Under the pieces are notes generated by a model. That model did not search any database and was not told the DNA's origin. It worked only from the letters and a program-made list of their open reading frames with translations. From an uncultured Bacteroidia bacterium (GTDB lineage Bacteria > Bacteroidota > Bacteroidia > Bacteroidales > ML635J-15), in contig CACYQN010000007.1 in the NCBI GenBank assembly GCA_902776565.1, positions 105-64,104 of the forward strand: 64,000 nucleotides of DNA, written 5' to 3'. Positions 46,998 to 54,824 of the stretch are shown here, one piece after another. Numbering within the stretch: the stretch's first letter is position 1; each line of letters opens with the position of its first letter. The position numbers were made by a program, and so were the translations under genes.

Positions 46998-47564
46998 ATG
47001 CCTGCCGAAAAATTTCAAAACAAATACCGCATTGGGACAAAACGCGCATCGTGGCACGATTACAACGGTGGCGAATATTTCATTACGATATGCACAAAGG
47101 ACAGGGTACATTATTTCGGGGAAATCGTTGACGGCGAAATGCAATTGTCGGCGGTGGGGAAATATACGGATGAATGTGTGCAAAAAATTTCGGAACACAA
47201 CCCATACGCGCAAATCCCCCAATATGTTATTATGCCCGACCATATCCATTTGATTGTAATAATTTCCGGTGATGATTGTAGAATCGCACCATGGTGCGAT
47301 TCTACGATGGAACCCGCCGATGGAAAAAACAAAACCATGCAAAAAATGGCCAACGACAAGGGGCGTTTATCAATTACGATGGGCGGTTTCAAACAATCCG
47401 TTACACGGTTTGCCCGTCAAAACGACATCCCATTCCAATGGCAATCCCGTTTCTACGACCACATCATCCGCGACCAAAACGAAATGAACCAGATTGCCGA
47501 ATACATCGAAAACAATGTTGCCGAATGGGAATCGGACAACCAATCCAAAAATCAAAGATTGTAA
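46998..47564 (+). CDS. REP-associated tyrosine (Y1, HUH) transposase, RayT/TnpA-REP-like
   Basis: A 188-aa ORF. The N-terminus is FQNKYRIGTKRASWHDYNGGEYFITICT. The HUH motif is MPDHIHLIV. The catalytic Tyr context is WQSRFYDHIIRDQNEMNQIAEYIENN. Confidence 0.8.
   Translation: MPAEKFQNKYRIGTKRASWHDYNGGEYFITICTKDRVHYFGEIVDGEMQLSAVGKYTDECVQKISEHNPYAQIPQYVIMPDHIHLIVIISGDDCRIAPWCDSTMEPADGKNKTMQKMANDKGRLSITMGGFKQSVTRFARQNDIPFQWQSRFYDHIIRDQNEMNQIAEYIENNVAEWESDNQSKNQRL
47278..47305. repeat. Perfect 28-bp palindrome beginning with GTAG (REP-like), inside the RayT-like CDS
   Basis: The sequence is GTAGAATCGCACCA|TGGTGCGATTCTAC. It is translated in frame as CRIAPWCDST. The opposite-strand ORF contains the same peptide RIAPWCDST, as expected for a palindrome. 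Confidence 0.95.
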
Positions 47565-47565
47565 A

Positions 47566-47583
47566 AACGCACCATGATGCGTT
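47566..47583. repeat. Imperfect palindrome related to the one inside the RayT-like CDS, 2 nt after the RayT stop
   Basis: AACGCACCATGATGCGTT compares with ATCGCACCATGGTGCGAT. Confidence 0.7.
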
Positions 47584-47763
47584 CCAATATAGGCAACAAA
47601 ATGTGTTGACTTATATAATTAACAACCTCGGAGAGGTTACATATATATAGAAAACCGTGTGGATTGGGGAGCGTTGGCGCATATTTTTGTTTGGTTGGTG
47701 AGCCTGTCGAACCACAAAAATTGTGACAACGCATAAATTTATCGAACAATAATGATTTTTATC

Positions 47764-47771
47764 TAATTTTG
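47764..47771 (+). promoter_or_regulatory. Candidate -7 box TAATTTTG
   Basis: It fits TAnnTTTG and lies 20 nt upstream of ATG 47791. Confidence 0.5.
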
Positions 47772-47790
47772 CATTACAAACAAACACACA

Positions 47791-48507
47791 ATGAAACTAC
47801 ACAAATTTATATTCGCTCTTGCCATCCTCACAACGATTTCGCTTGTCGGATGCAACCGAAATACAGAAAAGGCAGAATCTGCCGAAGTACAAACAGAACA
47901 ACTCCAGACCGGCGACCTCGTATTCGTCGCCCTGCCGCTCGACTATATGTCAGATACTACCGAAATGGGTTCGGCAATAGCCGCCTCTACCGGCGACAGC
48001 GTTGGAATCAACTACATACACGTGGCAATAGCCGAAGTCGCCAACGACAGCGTCTGGATTATCGATGCAACCCTTGCTCACGGCGTTGACCGCCATCCGC
48101 TCGACACGTTTTTCTGCGACTTCACGCTTGACGACGGCTCGTTGCCACAAATGGACATTATGCGCCTTTCGGACAACAGCAACGCAGCAAAATATGTCGA
48201 AAATGCAAAGCAGTTCACTGGACGCGGCTACGACTTGTATTTCCTGCCCGACAACGACGAGCAATACTGCAGCGAACTTGTCCGCAACTCGTACATCAAC
48301 GAAAAAGGCGAACACCTTTTCAGCGAAGCACCTATGAACTTCAAGTCCGACGACGGCACTTTCCCGCCATACTGGGTTTGGCTTTTCGAACAAATCGGAC
48401 AGCCAATCCCACAAGGACTTCCCGGCACCAATCCCAATGCAATGTCGAAGGAAAAATGCCTGAAAAAAGTTGACATCGACATAAAAAAATATTCTACAGC
48501 CAAATAG
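47791..48507 (+). CDS. Lipoprotein, YiiX/YaeF-type permuted papain-like (C92) amidase family
   Basis: A 238-aa ORF with the lipobox LVGC. The motifs are GDLVFVA, YIHVAIAEV and YCSELVRNSY. Confidence 0.6.
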   Translation: MKLHKFIFALAILTTISLVGCNRNTEKAESAEVQTEQLQTGDLVFVALPLDYMSDTTEMGSAIAASTGDSVGINYIHVAIAEVANDSVWIIDATLAHGVDRHPLDTFFCDFTLDDGSLPQMDIMRLSDNSNAAKYVENAKQFTGRGYDLYFLPDNDEQYCSELVRNSYINEKGEHLFSEAPMNFKSDDGTFPPYWVWLFEQIGQPIPQGLPGTNPNAMSKEKCLKKVDIDIKKYSTAK

Positions 48508-48509
48508 TT

Positions 48510-48869
48510 ATGGACATAGAGAAATTCCGCGAATATTGTCTGTCGCTTCCCTGCACCACCGAAGATTTTCCCTTTGACGAAACCGTACTGGTTTTTCGTG
48601 TGAAGAACAAAATCTTCGCCTGCATAGCCCTCGACAATCCCGAACTTGGCGTTGTAAAGTGCGACCCCGACTATGCTGTCGAGCTACGCGACCACTATTC
48701 GGCAATCGAACAGGCTTACCATTGGAACAAGCAGTACTGGAACCAGATTTGGTTCAACCGCGATGTAAACGACGAACTGCTATGCAAGCTCATCAACCAC
48801 TCGTTTGCCGAAGTGGTGAAGAAACTGCCGAAGAAGGAACAAACCGATGAATTAAAGCAAATAAAATGA
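48510..48869 (+). CDS. MmcQ/YjbR family DNA-binding protein
   Basis: A 119-aa ORF, MDIEKFREYCLSLPCTTEDFPFDETVLVFRVKNKIFA. Confidence 0.7.
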   Translation: MDIEKFREYCLSLPCTTEDFPFDETVLVFRVKNKIFACIALDNPELGVVKCDPDYAVELRDHYSAIEQAYHWNKQYWNQIWFNRDVNDELLCKLINHSFAEVVKKLPKKEQTDELKQIK

Positions 48870-50005
48870 GAAAACACTGGCTTGACAACTTACGCTGGAC
48901 TACGGTAATCATCGTACTGATATACCACGTCTTCTATTTCTACAACGCAAAGGGCGTGTTCGGTGGAATCGGCGGATTCTACGAAACCCAACCGCAGGAC
49001 GCAATTATGTCGCTCATATACCCGTGGATAATGATGCTCCTTTTCGTTGTCGCTGGAATGAGTTCTAAATATGCACTCGAAAAGTGTTCGCATAAGGAAT
49101 TTATCAAGTCAAGGACAAGGAAACTGCTGGTTCCCGCAACTATAGGACTTTTCGTATTCCAGTGGATGACAGGCTACTTCAACACGCAAATTGCTGGCGT
49201 TTCGCAAGGCATTGCCGACAAGATACAGACCATTCCCACCGAAGCACGATATATTGCCTGCGCCTTGTCCGGTACCGGACCGCTGTGGTTCATACAGGAC
49301 TTGTGGCTTTTCTCACTGATACTCATCCTGATACGTCTTTTAAAAGGCGACAAAATTCATTCTGCGTTTGGAAACCTTATCAATAATAAAGCAAACAATT
49401 GGGTTGGGATTCTAATAATCGTACTCGGCGGATATTTTGTAGTTTGGGGTGCAACCCAGACAAACATCAGCTATCCCGAGCCAAACTCGGGCGAAGGCCT
49501 GTGGAACCTCTACCGTCCTGCCGAATACTTCATTACATTCCTGCTGGGCTACTTTGTATTTTCGCACGACAAGGTCATCGAACTTGCCAAACGTATATGT
49601 CTGCCAATGCTTGCAATTTCGCTTGCAAGCGGCATAGTGTTCGCCATTAGAATCTACGGACTTGACGACACCAATCCCATTGTACTAAAAGACTGGCTGA
49701 CAAACATTTTCGTCTGGTCAACAATACTTTCTCTCATCGGTTGCTTCGCTAAATGGACCGACAAGACATCCAGATTCGCAGCCTACATGGCAAAATCGAG
49801 CTTCGGAATATATGTAATGCACTACCTTGTAATCGCATCTCTCGGCTACATGCTGAAAATGTACACACAGTTGCCACCTCTCGCAATATATGCTATACTT
49901 TTAGCATCCGTTTTGCTAATTTCGCCAGCATTGAACGAACTCATCAGCCGCATACCATTCATAAGGTGGTGCGTTCTCGGTATCAACAAAAGAAAACACA
50001 AATGA
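48866..50005 (+). CDS. Acyltransferase-3 family membrane protein
   Basis: A 379-aa ORF with about 10 TM segments and the N-terminal motif WLDNLRWTTVIIVLIYHV. Confidence 0.7.
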   Translation: MRKHWLDNLRWTTVIIVLIYHVFYFYNAKGVFGGIGGFYETQPQDAIMSLIYPWIMMLLFVVAGMSSKYALEKCSHKEFIKSRTRKLLVPATIGLFVFQWMTGYFNTQIAGVSQGIADKIQTIPTEARYIACALSGTGPLWFIQDLWLFSLILILIRLLKGDKIHSAFGNLINNKANNWVGILIIVLGGYFVVWGATQTNISYPEPNSGEGLWNLYRPAEYFITFLLGYFVFSHDKVIELAKRICLPMLAISLASGIVFAIRIYGLDDTNPIVLKDWLTNIFVWSTILSLIGCFAKWTDKTSRFAAYMAKSSFGIYVMHYLVIASLGYMLKMYTQLPPLAIYAILLASVLLISPALNELISRIPFIRWCVLGINKRKHK

Positions 50006-50304
50006 AAAAAGTAAAAATTACAGCCATACGCAAAGCATCCTACCCCGACTTGTCGGCAAAATACGAAAATCCTATCGAGCACACCTGCGACATTTCCGAA
50101 GGCGAAAGCTGGATTTCGACCGACGGACAGAAACCCGAAGGTCTTTGCGACAGCGCGTGGGAATCAATGCGTTGGTTCGTGGAAGAACTGGCTGCAGGGC
50201 GTGGCAATTTCTACGACGGCTGGATGAAGAATCCCAACTCGGCAATGATTTCCTGCAACGACGGATTCCGCCCCGTGAGTTTTTACATCGAAACAATTGA
50301 ATAA
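50002..50304 (+). CDS. TIGR04076-family small protein
   Basis: I prefer ATG 50002, which overlaps the previous stop as ATGA. The protein begins MKKVKITAIRKASYPDLSAKYENPIEHTCD. The track start at 49753 lies inside the acyltransferase gene. Confidence 0.55.
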   Translation: MKKVKITAIRKASYPDLSAKYENPIEHTCDISEGESWISTDGQKPEGLCDSAWESMRWFVEELAAGRGNFYDGWMKNPNSAMISCNDGFRPVSFYIETIE

Positions 50305-50326
50305 TACAACCTATCGAATATTTGCT

Positions 50327-50334
50327 TAACTTTG
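50327..50334 (+). promoter_or_regulatory. Candidate -7 box TAACTTTG for the caspase / papain-like operon
   Basis: It fits TAnnTTTG and lies 29 nt upstream of ATG 50363. Confidence 0.5.
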
Positions 50335-50362
50335 TCGCTTGTTAATTTAACTATGCGATAAA

Positions 50363-52765
50363 ATGGGAAACCATATATTTAAAGACATAAAACTTACCGC
50401 AGTTGCACTTGTTTGTCTTGTAGCCAGCAATGTTTTGGCACAAAACACAAATCCTAACTGCTTGAGCGGCAACTGCGAAGACGGATACGGAGTATATAGA
50501 ATCGACAATGGCGACCGCTATATTGGCTTTTTCGAAAACGGCAACTTCAACGGCTCTGGCTCATACATTTTTAGCGACGGCAATATGTATGTAGGCAATT
50601 TCAAGGATGATGCGCCCAATGGTCAGGGTACATACATCTGGACCGACGGCAGCCGATATGTAGGACATTGGCAGGGATGGAAGCGTCACGGAATTGGAAC
50701 CGAATCCGATGCGGAGGGAAATTCGGAGACAAGCATATATCAGAACGACAAAATTGTAGATGACGACATACAAGGTTGCATCAACGGCGATTGCATTTCG
50801 GGATACGGTGTTTTCATATACGACGATGGCTCGTACTACGAAGGCAATTTCATTCAGAAAAAGCCCTGCGGACAAGGTTTGCTTGTAAAAAACGACGGTT
50901 CCGCTTACTCTGGTGAATTCAAAAATGGGAAATACAACGGCTATGGAATATTAGTAAATCCCGATGACTCGGAACAGGAAGGAATATGGGAAGAAGGTCG
51001 TTACCTAGGCGAAGTCACCAACCAGTACGGCTGCATAAGTGGCGACTGCACAAACGGATACGGCATTTTTATCTACGACGACGGTTCATACTACGAAGGC
51101 TCGTTCAAAAATGGCAAACGCCACGGACAAGGCACTTTGTACACTGCCGACGACGAAGTTTTCGACGGTGCATGGGTTGACGACGAAGCAAACGGATACA
51201 TACTGGCTACATACAAACCCGAAGACCGCGGTGGACTAGCCTACTACAATGGCGACATGAAGGGAAGCGCCCTCGACGGGTACGGAGCACTTATATGGAG
51301 CGACGGTTCGGTGTACTACGGACAGCTTAAAAACGGCGCACGACACGGACAAGGCGTACTATTCGACACCGAAACCAACACAAAATATTCAGGTATCTGG
51401 AACAACGACGAGTTTGTAAGCGAAATGGACGAAAACCAGTTCGACGTCATCTTCGGCTCGAAAAACGGATTCGGAATAAAGCTTACCGCCAATGGCCGCT
51501 ACTACGGTAACCTCGTCAACGGTGTACCATCGGGGAAAGGAATGCTAGACCTATATAATGGAAACTACTATGTCGGCGATTTTAAAAACGGGATGGCAAA
51601 CGGACAAGGAACACTCGAGGACCGCGACTCTGGCGAAAGATACATTGGTAGCTTCGTTAACGGTGAAATGACCGGCAAAGGCGTTTTTTACCACGCCGAT
51701 GGCTCCAAGGAAGAAGGCACTTTCAGAAATGGAGAACTTGAAGTCAAGAAGACCGAAGATGTCAGCGTTGCCAAGCCTATCGTGACATGGTTGGCCCCTG
51801 CGCAGAGCGACATGGAGACTACCAGCAGCAAGCAAACTGTAAAACTTTGCGTTGCCTCAAAAGCAAGCATCGACGAAGTTACCGTAACGGTAAACGGAGT
51901 TGTAAAAGCAAAGAAGTCGAACAGAGGCTTTACCGTGGTTTCCAGCCAGTGCGACTATACTTTCGAATATGAAATTGACCTCGAACCTGGACAAAACGAA
52001 ATAAAGGCAATCGTCAAGAACGCAGGCGGAACTACTACAACCGATGCGCGACGCGTTACCCTCAACAAAAGCGACAACGTATCGAGCGAAAAACGACTTG
52101 CACTTATCATTGGCAACGGAGCCTACCAATACATCGGTGCGCTCAACAACCCGTCAAACGATGCCAGACTTATGGGCGAAACCCTAGGTTCACTCGGCTT
52201 CGAAACAATGGTGTACACCGACCTTTCGCAGAACGAAATGATTTCTAAGATACGCGAATTCGGGAACAAGCTTACCGAAGAGAAGGCTGTCGGCTTATTT
52301 TTCTACGCCGGCCATGGTCTGCAGGTAAACGGCGAGAACTATCTCGTGCCTATTACAGCAAACATTACCAAACAGCAGGATGTAGAACTCGAATGCGTGA
52401 ACCTGAAGCGCGTACTTGGAGAAATGGAATACGCCCAAAACGACTTGAACATCATAATCCTCGATGCTTGCCGCAACAACCCGTTCGCAAACATGAGAGC
52501 GATAAATAGCGGAGGTCTTGCCGCAGTAAATGCACCAAGAGGCACTTTCATCGCGTTTGCCACATCGCCAGGCAATGTAGCATCGGACGGTAGCGGAAGC
52601 AATGGCCTTTACACCGAACAACTGGCGCAGGAAATAACCCAGCCTGGAATAAAAATAGAAGACGTCTTCAAGAAGGTTCGCTCAAGGGTTTACGAAATAA
52701 GCCAGCAGCAACAAATTCCTTGGGAAAATTCCTCAATATTCGGTGACTTTTATTTCAAGAAATAA
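50363..52765 (+). CDS. Exported MORN-repeat protein with a C-terminal caspase-like (peptidase C14) domain
   Basis: An 800-aa ORF with a signal peptide. It has more than 15 MORN-type Y-x-G-x-[FW]-x-x-G-x-x-x-G-x-G units and three C-x-x-G-[ND]-C-x-x-G-Y-G modules, followed by an Ig-like linker. The C14 domain carries the catalytic His (FFYAGHGLQVNGENYL) and Cys (IIILDACRNNPF). Confidence 0.85.
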   Translation: MGNHIFKDIKLTAVALVCLVASNVLAQNTNPNCLSGNCEDGYGVYRIDNGDRYIGFFENGNFNGSGSYIFSDGNMYVGNFKDDAPNGQGTYIWTDGSRYVGHWQGWKRHGIGTESDAEGNSETSIYQNDKIVDDDIQGCINGDCISGYGVFIYDDGSYYEGNFIQKKPCGQGLLVKNDGSAYSGEFKNGKYNGYGILVNPDDSEQEGIWEEGRYLGEVTNQYGCISGDCTNGYGIFIYDDGSYYEGSFKNGKRHGQGTLYTADDEVFDGAWVDDEANGYILATYKPEDRGGLAYYNGDMKGSALDGYGALIWSDGSVYYGQLKNGARHGQGVLFDTETNTKYSGIWNNDEFVSEMDENQFDVIFGSKNGFGIKLTANGRYYGNLVNGVPSGKGMLDLYNGNYYVGDFKNGMANGQGTLEDRDSGERYIGSFVNGEMTGKGVFYHADGSKEEGTFRNGELEVKKTEDVSVAKPIVTWLAPAQSDMETTSSKQTVKLCVASKASIDEVTVTVNGVVKAKKSNRGFTVVSSQCDYTFEYEIDLEPGQNEIKAIVKNAGGTTTTDARRVTLNKSDNVSSEKRLALIIGNGAYQYIGALNNPSNDARLMGETLGSLGFETMVYTDLSQNEMISKIREFGNKLTEEKAVGLFFYAGHGLQVNGENYLVPITANITKQQDVELECVNLKRVLGEMEYAQNDLNIIILDACRNNPFANMRAINSGGLAAVNAPRGTFIAFATSPGNVASDGSGSNGLYTEQLAQEITQPGIKIEDVFKKVRSRVYEISQQQQIPWENSSIFGDFYFKK

Positions 52766-52786
52766 TAATACAAAACAATAAACAGC

Positions 52787-54775
52787 ATGAGAGCTTTGAT
52801 ATTATTTGTTGCAGTCCTGTTTGCTTCGATTAGCACATTTGGACAGCATTTTACTGGTTGTGTTGTAGATACAGTAGCTGCAAAACGTCTGCCCGAAAAG
52901 GCATCAAACACACGCGACGTATATTCCAACCTGCCAAAAGCGGTATCGCTTCAGAAATGGACGCCAGTCCCTGGAAACCAAGGACAAACCGGCACATGTA
53001 CCGCATGGTCATCGACATACTGCATAGCAACAATGTCGTGGGCAATGCGCAACGGGATAACAAACCGTAAGAAAATCACCGAAAACGCATATCTGCCTGC
53101 ATATACATACGTCAACATACTTAGGCAGAGTACACAAAACTGCGCCGCAGGAACCGACATTGCCGACGCTTGCGCATGGCTGAAGAACACCGGCTCGGTA
53201 AAACTTAGCGAATACCCGCAGAATCCAGCATGTATAAACACATCCGATGTTCCTACAGCATGGAAGCAGAAAGCAGCACAAAATAGAATCTTGGGATTCA
53301 CAAAATTGTACTACCAATGGGCAGGCGGATATTCGTACAAGGTCGAAAAAGTAAAGAAAAGCCTCGCCGAAGGTAAGCCCGTGCTTATCGCTTTCAACTG
53401 CGCATTTTCGTTCTCAAACGGAACTGGCATACGTAGCGACGGCCTATGGGTGCCAGCCAGCAACGAACAAGCCACACTCAACTACGGAGGTCATGCAATG
53501 GCAGTAGTCGCTTACGACGACACAAAATTCAACGGAGGCGCATTCCTTGTACAGAATAGCTGGGGTACCGACTGGGGACTCAACGGTTATTTCTGGATTA
53601 CCTACTACCATTTTGCATGGTGGGTTTACTATGCTTTCGAAATAAACACGCAGATAAACAATGCAAAAATCGACACCAACACCGACAACCTCGACTTCTC
53701 TACAAACTTCTACGATTACGCCGACAACAACGATTATAACAACAACGACTATAACTATTACGACGACAACAATAATAACAACAATTACGATTACAACGAC
53801 GGAAACGACAGCAATAATGTAGATTACACCTTCGACGACCTTGGTCTCGACGATTTCTTATCCGTTGATTACGACTACCTCGACAACTTTGTTGATGGCA
53901 ACGACTATCGCATTGATAACGACGACAATAACAATAGCGACAACGATAACAACAGCAACTACACATCGTACAACATATTGTATCAGGATGGTGACAATGG
54001 TGCTTGGAAGGGCTATAAGGACAGCGACTATACCGCCGAAGACTACAACTACATGGAAGAAGAAAGGAAGTCGCGCAATTCCTCGGCATTCCAATACGTA
54101 AGCAACATGTCGTACGAGGAGAACATGAAACACATGAACGAAAGCCTTGGAATAAAGGATGCCCCAAAGAACAACGCAAAAGACCGCGGTGTAAAGGTAA
54201 TTAGCGTCGACAAGATAAAGACACCCGACGGCAACAAGGTTGATGTAAACAATTTCGCCGGCAGCATAAGCATTATCCTTGGCGACAACACAGCAATGCA
54301 GGGTACAATACGCGACAAAACCATAAACATCTCGAAATCTTACCAATCGGGCACTTACTTCAGAATATATGTAGAAAACAATTCGCCGGCCTACGTTTAC
54401 GTATTCGGCACCGACCTTACCAACGAGGTGTACAACATATTCCCACAGTGCCGACTGATAAGTCCGCTGCTCGACTACAGCGACAGCCGCATTGCAGTCC
54501 CCGACGAACGCCACTTCATACAGATGGACGACCAGACCGGAACCGACTACATATATGTACTTTACAGCCGCGTTCCTCTAAATATCGATGAAATCCAAAA
54601 ACGTATGGCAAAGACTTCTGGCGACTACGCAGAACGTCTGTTCAAGGTTATGGGACCTAAGACATTCTCGCTCGACGAAGCCAATGCATCAGGAACATCA
54701 ACATTCAAGTTCGATGCAAAATCCATAAAGAAACAATGCCTCGGTGCTGTTATAAAAATCAACCACACCAAATAA
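52787..54775 (+). CDS. Exported papain-like (C1) cysteine peptidase, Asn/Asp/Tyr-rich linker, DUF4384-like C-terminal domain
   Basis: A 662-aa ORF with a signal peptide. The catalytic residues are Gln/Cys (NQGQTGTCTAWSS), His (YGGHAMAVVAYDD) and Asn-Trp (VQNSWGTDWG). The C-terminal domain reads YFRIYVENNSPAYVYVFGTDLTNEVYNIFP. Confidence 0.8.
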   Translation: MRALILFVAVLFASISTFGQHFTGCVVDTVAAKRLPEKASNTRDVYSNLPKAVSLQKWTPVPGNQGQTGTCTAWSSTYCIATMSWAMRNGITNRKKITENAYLPAYTYVNILRQSTQNCAAGTDIADACAWLKNTGSVKLSEYPQNPACINTSDVPTAWKQKAAQNRILGFTKLYYQWAGGYSYKVEKVKKSLAEGKPVLIAFNCAFSFSNGTGIRSDGLWVPASNEQATLNYGGHAMAVVAYDDTKFNGGAFLVQNSWGTDWGLNGYFWITYYHFAWWVYYAFEINTQINNAKIDTNTDNLDFSTNFYDYADNNDYNNNDYNYYDDNNNNNNYDYNDGNDSNNVDYTFDDLGLDDFLSVDYDYLDNFVDGNDYRIDNDDNNNSDNDNNSNYTSYNILYQDGDNGAWKGYKDSDYTAEDYNYMEEERKSRNSSAFQYVSNMSYEENMKHMNESLGIKDAPKNNAKDRGVKVISVDKIKTPDGNKVDVNNFAGSISIILGDNTAMQGTIRDKTINISKSYQSGTYFRIYVENNSPAYVYVFGTDLTNEVYNIFPQCRLISPLLDYSDSRIAVPDERHFIQMDDQTGTDYIYVLYSRVPLNIDEIQKRMAKTSGDYAERLFKVMGPKTFSLDEANASGTSTFKFDAKSIKKQCLGAVIKINHTK

Positions 54776-54799
54776 GCTTACAACCAATAAAATTTTCAA

Positions 54800-54807
54800 T
54801 AAATTTG
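54800..54807 (+). promoter_or_regulatory. Candidate -7 box TAAATTTG for the GH20 gene
   Basis: It fits TAnnTTTG and lies 18 nt upstream of ATG 54825. Confidence 0.5.
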
Positions 54808-54824
54808 TAGCCTAACATATTGCT

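Noticed and set aside
53700-54514. Minus-strand ORFs of 159 and 218 aa inside the C1/DUF4384 gene
   Set aside because: They are antisense readings of the AAC/GAC/TAC low-complexity codon runs and give Val/Ile/Cys/Arg-rich periodic peptides. The plus-strand gene has intact catalytic motifs on both sides.
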